Positions 40,701 to 53,500 of a DNA stretch of 64,000 nucleotides are shown here, piece after piece. The notes under the pieces were generated by a model. The model saw only the letters and a program-made list of their open reading frames with translations, was not told the DNA's origin and did not search any database. Location: assembly GCF_964355755.1 (NCBI RefSeq), contig NC_092672.1:33114437-33178436 (forward strand), given 5' to 3'. Position 1 is the first letter of the stretch. The number at the start of each line of letters is the position of its first letter. A program made the position numbers and the translations under genes. Origin of the DNA: Antedon mediterranea. Lineage: Eukaryota; Animalia; Echinodermata.

Positions 40701-40738
40701 TCGTCTTTAACACTAAACAATATCTAATACAAAAGTAA
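37706..40738 (+). CDS. LINE ORF2, APE endonuclease + reverse transcriptase (CR1/L2/Crack group), 1010 aa
   Basis: Uninterrupted ORF: FNTRSL, ITESWL, YRAP, GDFN, TLIDN, SDH; YRPISVL, DLSKAFD, GVPQGS, YADD; 3' UTR ends in (ATGAA)n at ~41047-41066. Confidence 0.95.
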   Translation: MCQSNPTTDVKFNPFVAYENMNINENVDPHSQVYASLNESNYFDPETFSENFSKHNNDKNILSTIHFNTRSLLGKMDSLKRFLLTLEFDFDVIAITESWLQFDNNPLTDMPGYNIFSRNRKSKAGGGVALYVRNNVSVTVRNDLTTDESICESIFIEIEQIHGKNIIVGTIYRAPSLNINAFNDILDNLLHTLSTENKLVYLLGDFNIDILQYTYETTTNNFVNTLFSNFYLPLILRPTRITSNSATLIDNILTNQPDLHLASGQLYCDISDHLPVFSISTLTYKNNQAVSRPPNKPFRKINENNIEQFKRELSVITWNDVNLLQEPNQAYNTFETKLKLLYNKHFPMTTQSKKNTKLKPWMSNGLLQSTKYKHKLYAKYLNNPTNHNKIKYTKFRNTLNSLIKRVKTEYYQNRFTQCQHDIKGTWRVINSLIKRSPNLNTKVVLTGNNGESIEDPSQIANEFNKFFVEIGPTLSKKLPTDQSDFKTYLPLPTLNSLFMCPVSDTEIIDIVKCFKTNKAQGLDEFSPKVIKQSISLLVKPLCHIFNLSLTKGVFPNKLKLARVTPIFKAGKKDTLSNYRPISVLSLFSKILERIIYNRTYAFMEKNNILFNKQFGFRKHFDTAMALIDLSNEIIDAFENDEFAIGVFVDLSKAFDTINHPILLSKLYHYGIRGVPLNLFKSYLSNRYQCTKFCDSQSDYLPITCGVPQGSLLGPLLFLLYVNDIYNSSVSLSYFLYADDTTLICKNRHLESLFNTVNTSLINVSEWFLANSLSVNLKKCSYVLFRSSTMPIKLGPLQIKLNGSVLPMVNHAKFLGVSIDSRLTWKPHVIETENKISKNIGIICRLASFLPHHILRTLYCSLVLPYLLYCNIVWCNTFPSNLNKLQILQKKIIRIISNVSPRTSTDPLFRSLKLLKLTDINIFQQCLFIYKSQNALLPSHLRDMFSPNYEFHGYSTRILNNLHIPKHKKTSFQHNIRFTGPKIWNSLPNKITTSANKHSFVFNTKQYLIQK

Positions 40739-41513
40739 ATTAATTAACTAGTTATATTCTAGGTATCAGTTTTTTATTGTTTTCATATTCCGTCATGGTA
40801 ATTACTTTATTCCTATATACCATTTACTATTATTTACTAATTTGATTTTAGTTACTTTTTGTTTTGTTCAGGCACTTTCAACACAAGCTTTTGCTTTTTA
40901 GAAATTGTGCCTCCTTCATAATATTGTTTTATTCATGTTAAAGATGAGAAAAAAAAAATTGTATTGTTTTAACTATCTTTCTTCTCGTCATGAATTTTGT
41001 GTATTATATTATTTATTTTGTATATTATGAAGGAAATAAATGTTATTATGAAATGAAATGAAATGAAAAATTTACAAGAGTTAAATAAGTTCATATCTGA
41101 TAATATAATGTGATAACAAGTTACTGTACTTCTATATTATGATCCAATATAATGTCAAGTTTGTAAGATGATATCGGTAGGCCTACTTACATTTCCAGAG
41201 AGACGTTTCGCCTACTAACAGCAAGGCAAAATGCGTGAGTGAATGCGTTCTGGTGACGTGCGGTGACACGGTTGAAAGGAGCCATTGTGAAGTTTACCGC
41301 TTGGTGTTATCCAAGCGGGATGTGCGAGGGTCGGTCTCTTTTACGTTTTAGAATGTTATCATAAATGTGCGATAGTTCATATGCTCCTTCATCTCTATTC
41401 ATATTATTAGGGTGTAATCTTATATTTATCGCTTCTTTTATTTTTCTTGTGTTCCATTCAGTTTCTTTTGCTAAGACTTTGATGTTGTTCCAATTGGGTG
41501 TGTGACCAAGAGT

Positions 41514-43960
41514 GGTGTCAGATGAATTCGGTCGCGCTTGAAATCGGTCGCGTTTGAAATCGGTCGCGATAAAATCAACTTCCGGTATTTTGTATGGCGC
41601 GCCGCTAGAGCTATACTTTTGATTATATCGGTCGCGTTTGAAATCGGTCGCGCTATTTTGTATGGATCGGGCGGGATGCGATGCATTTTTCGTTTATATA
41701 GATTTAATTGATATTTTTTAGGAACTAGATTATTTATGTGGATATTTTTTACTTGGTTAATAAATATTTATTATCAATCATTAGGCCTAAATTAATTTTT
41801 TTTTTGTATTTCACAGGACTCGGAGAAGGACTGTCTTTTCAAAATGGCCATTTCTAAACACGTTTAAATATTATATTAGGCATAATGTTATATTAGGCAT
41901 ATAATAATTTACCTCTATTTATATGTACTGTAATTAATATATTATATAGAGAATATACGTCTGTCGTGTCTTTTATTATGCAAACAATTAGGCCTACGTA
42001 TGGTTTTAGGATATTAATGAAATATATAGATAATAGGCCTATGCCGTTATAAATCAATCTACCGGCCTACAGAGGACTATGATGTACAATGATAGATGTG
42101 CGAATAATTGATTGATTGAAATTTATATTTATACTGGGTAACCTCTTCAGTCAAAGACTGGTCTCCCAGAAGGCCCAGTTGGTGATCAGTGGCTGTGATG
42201 TACTAATACACCGGGGTAACCCCCTACTCGTCTCGAAAGATGTACTAGGTTCTTTAAAGTGCACACGAGCTAGATGTGTACACTGGACCTACGGTTTATA
42301 GTCCTTATCCGAGAAGACTCGTTCTACCACCAGAACCATGGAGTGAGTGAGCCTCGAACCCCTGCCGATGTTATGGCTACGTAATTACGGTTCCACTGTC
42401 TTCTTAACCGCTCGGCCACTCACTCACATAATAATGTATGGATAATGTGGACACGATTCTCAATTGAGAATCGTGTCCACATTATCCATACATTATTATG
42501 TGAGTGAGTGGCCGCAAAGAGGTAATCTGCACTGATATTTAAACATTTAGATTTACGAACGACGTATGAATGCGAGACACTGAGTTGCACTTACTTAATT
42601 ATTTACATTAAATGATTATTATAAATGAAGAAATAAAAGATATTCAAATTAAAATCTATAGTATCGCCGACGATATATACGTAAATTCGTATTTTTCATA
42701 CTGTCAAATTATAGAAAAAGTGCTTTATTCGGAATTATTACCGTATGGATAAGCAAGCCTGTGAGCTACAGCGATTTTAATTGCTTTTGTTTTCCTTGCC
42801 TCCTTATATTTCCACGTGTCTTGATTTGGTTACCTATGTTTTAAATGTATTTCGATTTTAAAGGCTAAATAAAGAATGAATGAATGAACATGATCTCATA
42901 ATCGCGTCGAGCATCTATAGCTCATTGGATCGTTTCACAAAAACACGTGCAGGAGGCCTATAGACGTTTCAAACATGGTTATTAGTAATAGACGTCATCT
43001 TTACTTCGCCATGGACAACGATCGTACGTGTTTTGTCCACGATTTGACACACTAAACAAGTGCGTGTTTTTTAAAAAGGGGAAACCCCGTCAGCAAAATA
43101 ACGTATTGTTAGAGGAAACAGCTGCACGATCATAGAAGGCGCATCTCCAATATGGCTTATTTGGGGGTTTATTTCAGTAACTCGTCTTTTTTAACCATCC
43201 GCATATAATGATCATTTTACTAAAAACTATTTTAAACATTAGAGATAAAAGTATACACGTGATTTGCCTCAACAATAATCATTATACACTTAATATTATC
43301 CTACATAACGGATAGAAATAAAATAGAAATAAAAATAAGGTGATCGAATTGTATGTTGTTAACGACATGGATATGATATAATCTGCCACAGTATGCATAA
43401 GTAAAATGGATACGCTGGCCTTATGGGCTATATTGTAAAAATTATTGTTTTTAAATAAATTGTTCTCTTACGTAATTGTTTGCATAATAAAAGACACGAC
43501 AGACGTATATTCTCTACATAATATATTAATTACAGTACATATAAATAGAGGTAAATTATGATATCTAATATAACATTATGCCTAATATAATATTTAAACG
43601 TGTTTAGAAATGGCCATTTTGAAAAGACACAGTCCTTCTCCGAGACCTGTGAAATACAAAAAAAAATTAATTAATTTAATGATTGATAATAAATATTTAT
43701 TAACCAAGTAAAAAATATCCACATAAATAATCTAGTTACTACAAAATATCAATTAAATCTACATAAACGAAAAATGTATATCCCGCTCTAGCATGCATCC
43801 CGCTCGATCCATACAAAATAGCGCGACCGATTTCAAACGTGACCGATATAATCAAAAGTATAGCTCTAGCGGCGCGCCATACAAAATACCGGAAGTTGAT
43901 TTTATCGCGACCGATTTCAAACGCGACCGATTTCAGACGCGACCGATTTCATCGTAAACC
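41514..43960. mobile_element. Non-autonomous DNA transposon with ~475-bp TIRs (Mutator-like)
   Basis: 41514-~41990 is the inverse of ~43474-43960; CCAAGAGT duplicated at 41506-41513 and 43961-43968. Confidence 0.88.
42120..42420 (-). mobile_element. tRNA-derived SINE with Deu/Nin-like central domain
   Basis: Minus strand gtggccgagcggttaag...ggttcgaggc head, then aggactataaaccgtaggtcc...gtgcactttaaagaacc core. Confidence 0.7.
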
Positions 43961-44334
43961 CCAAGAGTCACCATATGATCCGTGATAGCCGAGCTGTGAA
44001 ACTTTTCTGACGCCGACTTTCTGCTTGATCTGGTTGAAACACCTTTGCATTGTTCTACAACTTCGGTTTTATGTTCTTTGATCCTGGTCTTCAGCGCTCG
44101 TCCTGTTTCTCCAACATACATACTATCGCAGTTATGACAGTTCACTTGATATAACACACCACACAATGCATCGCATGCAGATAGAGCAGTTCTTATGATT
44201 TTAACTTCATTCTCTTGTTCTTTCTGCGTGGAAACAACATTCTGACATCTGTCCACACGTGTGCTCACAACACTCAATTTATTTTGTAATGAGTGACATG
44301 AATGAAAGTGTAAATATTGGTTGGTATGGGACCT

Positions 44335-46188
44335 CAGTGGTGGCGCCAGCGGGGGGGCTACGGGGGCTCTAGCCCCCTCGTCGGGGAGCCTAGCCCCCCC
44401 CCGTCGGGGAACACGGGTACTTTTTGTCGGGGAATATAACATACAGTAAAAAAAATTCACGTTCACTTCATATAGCTTCAGCGCCTAGAAAACCACGACG
44501 TTCCATTGACCGTGAGAGTACGTCAGAGGGCTATTATGCACTTTTATGCATTCGTTATTGCCAGAGATCTAACTACTAAACAATAGCTAGTACGCACTTG
44601 TTTGGCGGTATCCCTTTGTACGAATCGTTTACCGTTGGATCGAGACGCGTGATATCATGTTCCATCCAGGGACCAAAATGTGTAATGTAGTTATTTTCCA
44701 GGCGAAGTTTACCGACGGTTACCGAAGGGAACACGGGTACTTTTTGTCGGGGAATATAATATACAGTAAAAAACGTTCGCGTTCACTTGGTAGCTTCAGC
44801 GTCTAGAAAACCGCGACGTCTCATTGACCGTGAGAGTACGTCAGAGTGCTATTATGCAATTTATATGCATTCATTATTGCCAGCGATCTTACTACTAAAC
44901 ATTAGCTAGGTACGCACTTGTCTGGCGGTATCCCTTTGTACGAATCGTTCAACGTTGGGTCGAGACGCGTGATATCAAGTTCCATCCAGGGACCAAAATG
45001 TGTAATGTAGTTATTTTCCAGGCGAAGTTTACCGACGGTTTGGGTACTTTTTGTCGGGGAATATAATTCGTTCGCGTTCACTTCGTAGCTTCAGCGCCTA
45101 GAAAACCTCGACGTTTCATTGACCGTGAGAGTACGTCAGAGTGATATTATGCACTTTATATGCATTCATTATTGCCAGCGATCTAACTTACTACTAAACA
45201 ATAGCTATAGGTACGCACTTGTCTGGCGGTATCCCGTTGTACGAATCGTTCAACGTTGGGTCGTGATATCATGTTCCATCCAGGGACCAAAATGTGTACT
45301 GTAGTTATTTTCCAGGCGAAGTTTACCGACGGTTACGTCGTGTACTGTGTCGACGTGCGCTACACTACAGCAAAAACGAATTATGTTAATTGTTCGTATG
45401 TTCACCAATTTTTTAATTTACAAGTAACCTTCTGTACCGTGGGGCACCTAAAATAAATATTTCATCCATTACTAAACAAAAAAACATGCCATTTTCGCGT
45501 AGCCAACATCTTATTATAGCTAAGTTATTAAATTTTCAATGTCCTGATGTCATGAATTTCTCACCACTCGGAAGTCCAGATGGTACGCAGGCATACACTT
45601 GGGAGGAATAAACTTATTTCCCCGACTGAAAAAGGTCTACGCTTGCGTTTTTTAAGCCTCTGGGCCTGATGTTTCCAAAGTATAAAATGCAATTTTTTGA
45701 AGACCTGCAGCTCTAGTTTTAAACATTTTCTTAGCTCAGCCCCAACAATAAAGCTGGTCATATTTCGAAGTACAAGAAGTGCATTTTCCGGGACCTAACA
45801 TCTCTATTTTTCAAACACTTCTTAGCTCAGTCACAACCATGATAGGGACTTATATATTTTGTTTTATGTTTTGAAGTATAATAAGTCCAATTTCCAGGAC
45901 CTCCAACTCTATTTTTCTAAATTTTCTTTGAACTTTTATTTTTTAAATTGAAAAATATGGATTGAAACAGTCATCGCGCATCGTTTTTTTGCACGCAGTA
46001 TTTTATTTATGCATTATAAAAAATGGAAAAAATGGCTACCCTAAATCTGATTAAAATGACCTCAAATGACGCTAGAACGCGTTGCTTCCGGGGGCTGGGC
46101 CCCCTGGCCCCCAGCCTTGTGATGCTCGCATAGCCCCCTCGTCGGGGAATGTAGCCCCCGCGTCGGGAAGATCCTGGCGCCACCCCTG
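44335..46188. mobile_element. hAT-like non-autonomous element with three ~310-bp internal tandem repeats
   Basis: TIR cagtggtggcgccag...ctggcgccacccctg; gtatggg duplicated at the flanks; repeats at ~44407, ~44725 and ~45041. Confidence 0.8.
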
Positions 46189-47786
46189 GTATGGGTAGGT
46201 TTTCTGTAAACTGATGTAGTAATTGTGTTGTCAATGAGTGAAATGGAGACGTCTAGGAAAGGTATAGTGTTATTAGTCATATGTTCTGTTGTGAAAGTGA
46301 TGTTGTGTGTGGGATTGAGTTAAGATGATAATTAAGGTTGTCAGCAGCTCCTTCTGGAACAACTGCTAACACGTCATCTACATATATTTTCCATATCAGT
46401 GGCTTAATTTCTGTTTTAAGTGCTTCCTCTTTTAGCCATTCTAGAAACAGGTTCACCACAATAGGGCTCACTGGGCTTCTATTTGTTTATAGAAGTATCC
46501 GTTGAAGCTGAAATAGGTGGTATTTATCAGAAGGGACAGCAATTCTAAAATGTCATCGACGGAGAGATTTGTACGTTCTTTTAAGTCATCATCATTTTCT
46601 AGTTTTATTCGTATGATTTTTAATGCTAATTCTGTGGGTGTCTTGGTGAATAGAGATACAACATCGTACGAGACAAATGTGTAGTTCTGTGGACATTTAA
46701 CGTCGCAAGTTCTTTAACTAAGTCTTTGGAGTTCTTTACATGATGTATAGTATTTCCAACTAGGTGCTCTAAATATCGGCAAGGGTTTTTCCTCTAAGTT
46801 ATAGTATATGGAGTTGATGCAGTCAACAATAGGACGAAGCGGTACATTCATTTTGTGTATTTTTGGAAGGCAATAAATTCGTGGTTTTCCTTCTGCTGTA
46901 GGGAATATTCTTTTTTGCTCTGATTTACAGCATTTAATTTTAATTTGTTGATAGTGAAACACAAATTCAACATTCCTACGAAATACAACTAAAAGCTTTA
47001 ATTTATTTAAATTTTAAGACATTTACAAATAATAATGATTATTATTATGAATTATACAATAATCAAAACACCTGATGATTGATACATTTATTTGTTTTTG
47101 TATATATTTGTATTGTCGGAGAATCCTTCTTCACATCTTTAGGTCTAATTCTAAGATCGATTCTTTACAAATTATCTTTGTGATATTTATCAGCTTCTTT
47201 TATCCTCATTATAAAAAAAACTGAATATAAAAACTGAATAATAAACACATGGGCATCTTTAAATCACATGATCTATACATTTCGTGAATCCAGAGCCAAT
47301 AGCAATAGAAGCCTATCTTTATCTACATATTATATTAAACATTATTAATTAATCGCATGACTCATCTTCATCTGCTGCTGTCAATAGGGTCTGTTATCGT
47401 CATTCTTGCTGTTAATAATCATTATCATTAATTTTTTTATTTGCAAAGTATTGTAAATTTAAAAAATGTTCTAAAATTCGACAAATTTATCGAACAACAT
47501 ATTTTTTTTAAGAACAATAAGATTGACTCATGGAACAAAAAATGGAACCTTTTAAATCTTGATTATAAGTAATCATATTAAGTTTGAATTGACAGAGTGG
47601 TTTTATTTGTTTTTAATTTATGATTTTTTTTGATTTATGATCTGACAGACGATGTGTTACAAAAAGTATTATAATACTAATGTTGATAACATGAAATATA
47701 CACCGTCTTTTTAAAATGTTGCGTCTCTACTAATAACTAATATTATGATAAACAGAACATAACATTAAAAGCAGTACAAGTACATG

Positions 47787-48098
47787 CTAATTAAATGTCA
47801 TTGGAGCGATCTTAACTTTTTTCTCAGCAGCATACTGTCGGACGGTTGGTGAAACTGATGCATCTTTGCCAACGGCGAGTACAGCTTTTCCATTCCCTCT
47901 TGCGGTATCCGCTACTTGATCAACACAACCTTTGTCAATTGTTGATTGAGATTTGGCTTCCCATACCTGGTTACCATAAACGTGAAAATCGGCTTGTCTT
48001 CCGTTCATTGGCACTTCTGTTCTGACGTTAGAGCTACCAAAACGGTCACGTAAATACTTCCCAACTTGCCCCTGAAAAGAATATCCATGGTTCGCCAT
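47787..48098 (-). CDS. Small PD-(D/E)XK/Mrr-like nuclease-domain protein, subtype A1, 103 aa
   Basis: Intact ORF with GYSFQGQVGKYL, ADF, VWEAK, IDKGCVDQ, AVLAV; acceptor ~48116; leader donor ~48657-48663. Confidence 0.82.
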   Translation of the reverse strand: MANHGYSFQGQVGKYLRDRFGSSNVRTEVPMNGRQADFHVYGNQVWEAKSQSTIDKGCVDQVADTARGNGKAVLAVGKDASVSPTVRQYAAEKKVKIAPMTFN

Positions 48099-48782
48099 TT
48101 TGCTTGTAATTCTTCTGTAAACAAAAACAAGTTATAATGTATTTATCTTTTATAAGAAATACATAGAAATCAGAATGCTACCAATTAAATATTCAGTTTT
48201 TTATATTATATAGTGCTCGACTAATTTATTATGTAAAAATTATTCTGCAGTTGACATTATTTTGTTTACTCTCACTGTTTATACAATTATTTAGTATATT
48301 TATTGAGGTCAATTATAAACACAGGCCTATTTTTGCAAAGTGCTTCTTGAAAAAACCTCTACATTGAAAAAACTGAAACCATACATTATTACAGTAAAAA
48401 AAGGTTGTTAGTATGCCTAATTACAGTATTTTTGACATAATAAATAACAATTATTGGTCGAAGTTTTTTAGGGCCTCCCAACAATCGCATTGTAATGATC
48501 ATAATGATAAAACTTAAAACACATAATATGCGGATATATAGGCCTACAATTTACTATTTCATTCTAGCATGCAACTGTATTATAACTCACATAATCTGTG
48601 ACTTAAATAAGTAATAAACAAATTGAATAACATAAAATATGGCCTACAATACAACGCTTACCTTTAAAATGTTTCTAAAAAGTTTGCAATGAGTTGGCAG
48701 TGAATATGAAGTGGGTTGATAACAACACGTCGAATGTGTAAAACGTATATCGTGTTTACAAATTAACCGTAACAGTAACAAT

Positions 48783-48868
48783 GCTGATTGGATAGAATTG
48801 TTCCCGTGATAGAAAACGCGCATATTTATGTCTAAATATAAACATTACATAATTCTGGAAAAACCCAA
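48783..48868 (-). promoter_or_regulatory. Shared promoter module
   Basis: gctgattggatagaattgttcccgtgatag...cattacataattctggaaaaaccc. Confidence 0.72.
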
Positions 48869-49274
48869 TAGGGCGTAACTATGAAATGATAATTATAAAC
48901 ATCATGCATGATTCAACAACAAGATAATGGTAACAGGTAGTTCGTTTTTCAATTCAGTACCACTTAAATGCTGTAAATTGCAAGCGTTCAAAAATCGTCT
49001 CTTGTAGGATATATTATTTATAATCGACCGTCATAAAAATAACCAGTACAATAATAATAATTCGCGTTATCCTCAATCACAATCTCATTTTCATCCATCA
49101 TAATCATTTGTATAGGGGTTGGTATTTGTCAAGTTATTTTACTTCTTTTTCTGATCTTTGAAACAGTTCTTATTTAATGTTACCATTTAAGTTATTATAA
49201 TTAATGTACGCTGTTTTTTTATTTCATGAACTGTGTCTAATGTTGTTGATAATAGACTTTGTAATAATTAACAT

Positions 49275-49420
49275 ATAATTCTGACAATCTCTGCGCATGC
49301 TGTACAACTGTGCCTGAAATAGGTGCATCTCTCCCCATAGCAAGCACAGGTCTTCTACTTGCAATTCGTGCTTCTTCAACAATTACTCCTTCCATCTTCG
49401 GTGAAGACTTGCCCTGATAT
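49275..49420 (-). pseudogene. Fragment of a subtype B small-nuclease gene
   Basis: Minus strand QGKSSPKMEGVIVEEARIASRRPVLAMGRDAPISGTVVQHA matches the C-terminal half of 26730-27047; 5' half missing next to a MITE/LINE insertion. Confidence 0.75.
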
Positions 49421-49471
49421 ATTGGGTATAATGCGGATCCATCTATATGCTTACTGTTAATTTTATATATT

Positions 49472-52400
49472 AGCCTGTTTTCCTGTCGACGTTATTCGAC
49501 GCTATCGTCGTTGATCGTTAACAGTTCAACGACGATCGTTTAAAAACGATATATATATAAACTTTATTTAGACACGAGACTGATGTGCAGTACAACTCGT
49601 TCAATCAATATTGATTGTTTTTACACAAGTTCGTGATACTGTATTACAAAACAAAAAAAATCAACACCATATAAATACAACAGAAACGAAAAAAATTGAA
49701 ATTGAAAAGAAACAAAATTACAGCAGAATCCCCTTCATCTGACACCTCTATTTAGGGTACACCATACCGGTACTTCCCGTGTAAACGGAAACCCTTATCG
49801 AAGTGTATAATTCATGGGGATTCAACTGTAATACATAATAAATCTTTTGGATTTCATTGACGTTAAAATAATAGTGATAAAACACACATTTTACATAGTA
49901 TTTAGCCATTTTAAAAGTTGGATGTAGATCGTAGATTACCATACCATTATGTTTTACAATGCATTTTTCAGATACGTTTTAAACAACTTAACTGAATTTG
50001 GAAGGGTATCAACATTGAGACTATTCCATATAATTGCTCCACGATAAGACAGACTTCGTTTTTTAAAATCGGTTTTTGGCTTTGGGATGAATAGATGTGT
50101 ATCACTGTTCCTTAGATTATAATTTATATCCTTGAATGTAAATACATTATTTAGGTAAGGTGGGGCATTATCTGTCAAAACCTTATATATAACCATACAA
50201 CATTCATATCTATCTTGATAAAATAAAGGTGACCAATTAATTTGCCTTAGTGCCTCACTACTAGGTGTGTCCCATGTTAGACCACACACGATTCGAGCTG
50301 TTCTGTTTTGTATAGTTTGAACTCTTTTCATTAGAGTTTGACTACTATTTCCCCAAATTATGTTACAATAGCTCAAGTAAGGTATTACAATAGAGTTTGC
50401 AATATGTTTTAATATGTTTTGTGGAAAATAATAGCTACATCGTCTAAGCATACCCAATCCATTTAGAGCTTTACCTCGAATGTATTCAATCTGATTTTTC
50501 CATGATAAATGTTCGTCTATTATGATACCGAGATGTTTGCAATATAGAACGCGTGGTACAACATCGTTATCTATATTAACTGATCTATTTTTTTCTTTGG
50601 TGGTTGCCAATCGGTTTGTCGATCCGATCAACATGAACTCGGATTTAGAGACATTTAGACTCAATTTATTATTTTTTAGCCAATCGTCGATTTGTATAAG
50701 TTCTTCATTTATACTTTGGTATATTTCATTTTCATTTTTTGAAGAACAATAAATTATAGTATCGTCAGCATACATACTTATTTTACATTTGTTTGCAACT
50801 TTCGATAGGTCATTTATATATAAGAGGAAAGCAAGTGGGCCCACGATTGACCCCTGAGGCACTCCACATTGGATGTGTGTATAGTCAGACAATGTATTAT
50901 TTACATTTGTGAATTGCTTTCGCTCAGACAGATAGCTCTCGAACCATTTTAAAACATATTTACTTAAACCATAAAGTCTCAATTTGCTTAATAGTATGTT
51001 ATGGTTTACCGTATCAAAGGCCTTTTTAAAATCTAGTAAACAGATTCCGACCAGCTTACCCTCGTCTATTGCACTATACCAGTCTTCCGTCACTTTTGTA
51101 AGTGCAGTAGATGTTGAGTATGATGGTCGAAAACCTGATTGATTTATACATAACAGATTATTATTATTTAAAAAAGCATAAAGTTGATTAAAAACGACTC
51201 GTTCAATTATTTTTGAAAGTATAGGTAGGACGGAAATGGGACGATAATTATTAGGGTTAGTTTTTTCACCATTCTTAAAAATTGGCGTGACCTTTGCTAT
51301 TTTCCACGTATTTGGGAATTTACATGTTGTGAAGGAGTGATTTATGATTCTTGTAATTGTTGGGGATATAATCGGGGCAGACAGTTTTAGAATGCCCGGT
51401 GGTAAGTTATCATGACCAGTGGCTTTGTTTTTTGAAAGATTATTTAAGTATTTATATACAAATTCACATGTGATGTGTTCGAATTCAAAATTATTTTCGG
51501 TGAAAGCATCGATTTCGATAAAGTTGAAGATCGCCGATTATTGTTAACGATAGCATCGACTAACGTCGACAGGAAAACAGGCTTAAGGCTGGTTTCCTGT
51601 CGACGTAAGAACATCACTTTTGTTGCGACTACGTCGATTTGTCGTAAGAAATGCAGATTTTACAGGAAACCGATTACGATCGAAAATTTATAAAATCGAC
51701 GCAACGTAAGAAAAATGGTAACGACAAACGATTTTACAGGAAACCGATGACCTAACAATTGTTGCGTTACGACGTTTTCTTCCGATTTTACAGGAAACCG
51801 GGATTTTTGATCTTACGCTTGAATGAACGCCCTTGCGTCACGTTTCTTACGTCTCTTACGAAAGTTGACTTGAAGTCAACTTTCGCAAGAGACGTAAGCG
51901 CAATCGTAACAAGCAACCAATAAGCGACAAGAGTTATGACGTAATGTGTATGACCTTATAGTGAAATAAAGCCGGACAATAACATTTGTATGTATTTACT
52001 ACTATAATTTTAGCCCACTTTACAATGTTGTACATACTTTACAAATGCACAGTATAGTTTCAATATAATAATGTTCTAATCAGGGAGTTTACAACTCATA
52101 TCAAAATATAATACACTTATTTATGGACGTGCAATAAACAATCAGCATTTCAAAGAAACCGATATTCTTCTGTTCTATTTGTCGGTAGAAACGTCGCGAA
52201 AGGTGAACATTTGCAACAAGATAAGATATAGAAAGCCCCTTTGTAAGCAATATAATATCATTATGTAACTTTAAAAAAAAAATGTTTGCTTGATTTTGTA
52301 TAATTTATATTGTTTTGTTAAATTTATTCTTATTATAGGCCTGTAAATAATGGGTATCTTACTGCGGTAGTACTATCTCATGCTCGATTAGAGTATGCCT

Positions 52401-53500
52401 GGGCCCATAGGCCAAGGCCTAGCCTAGGGCATAAGTAGGTCTAATAATAATAGGAATCCCGAAATGATTTGCCTTTTTTTAATTTTGAAAACTATTTAAG
52501 GCTATAGGCCAGAATAATTCATTCATATTTTGATTCATACAATAGTAGCCTGCATAGGCCTACTAGCCTAGGCTCCTAGGCTAGTTTGGTTAGATTTTGG
52601 TCAAATAAATTCCTATTAGTACAGTATTAATCATGGAGTAAGTATTATTACTAATACTAGGGCCTAGCCTATCTACTAAAAATAATATGTTGGTGTGCTG
52701 CACTGACACTGCTGCTGAGTAGCTACAGGTACAATAACAACATTCAACATTTCGCGCGAAAAATGATAAAACCCGCTCTAAAAAGAAACACCAATCAGAG
52801 ATGTTGTTTCAAATACGTCATAAATCTGACCGACGTAAGAAAAAAATTTCAACTTTCGTAACAACACTAAAATCGACGTAAGCATACGACGTGTGTTTCA
52901 CAGCCAAAATTTCAACTTTCGGGAGCAGCATAACTACAGATGTTTCTCTGTGGCCCGACACGATCTTGACTAACGTCAACGACGTCAATTTTTCTCAACT
53001 TTCGTAAGAGACGTAAGAAACGCAAGAATCGTTGCAAAATTCGACTTCTTACGTCGACAGGAAACCAGCCTTTAAGCCTGTTTTCCTGTCGACGTTATTC
53101 GACGCTATCGTCGTTGATCAACGACGATCGTTTGGAAACGATCAACTTGAAATGATGACAATAGCGAGTACCTTTTCCTGTAAATCGTTAACATTTCCAT
53201 GTTTACGTAGATGATCGCCGATTATTGTCAACGATAGCGTCGACTAACGTCGACAGGAAAACAGGCTTTAGCTAAAGAGTTTGGCGACTCACAATGCCTC
53301 TTAAGCCTGTTTTCCTGTCGAAGTTATTCGACGCTATCATCGTTGATCGTTAACAGACGATCGTTTAAAAACCATCAAGTTGAAATGATAATGATAGCGA
53401 GTACCTTTTCCTGTAAATCGTTAACATTTCAATGTTTACATAGAAGATCGCCGATTATTGTTAACGATAGCATCGCCTAACGTCGACAGGAAAACAGGCT
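49472..53500. mobile_element. Stack of Harbinger-like MITEs sharing tttcctgtcgacgt termini
   Basis: Elements at ~49472-51584 (holding a LINE), ~51586-53070, ~53075-53268 and ~53303-53500, each bounded by gcctgttttcctgtcga/ggctggtttcctgtcga and the inverse, joined at TAA/TTA. Confidence 0.8.
49549..51478 (-). mobile_element. 5'-truncated CR1/L2-group LINE (RT domain, open frame 49954-~51475)
   Basis: KATGHD, YRPISVLP, QSGFR, DFKKAFD, GVPQGS, YADD; aataaa plus (TA)n tail near 49549-49568. Confidence 0.92.

Larger units (their letters stand above)
41190..46940 (-). mobile_element. Penelope-like retroelement (RT + GIY-YIG), decayed and interrupted twice
   Basis: PRIYCLPKIHK..VPLRPIV, YVDD, PFLDV, VYRKPTHT|NQYLHF, VLYQVNC..C..YVGETGR, SAITDHMVTLG|HTPNWNNIKVLAKE...RKIKEAINI...NRDEG join across the two insertions. 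Confidence 0.9.

Noticed and set aside
41195-41245. Hammerhead ribozyme at the Penelope end (ggcgaaacgtc on the minus strand)
   Set aside because: The CTGAnGA core is not visible; at most a decayed remnant.
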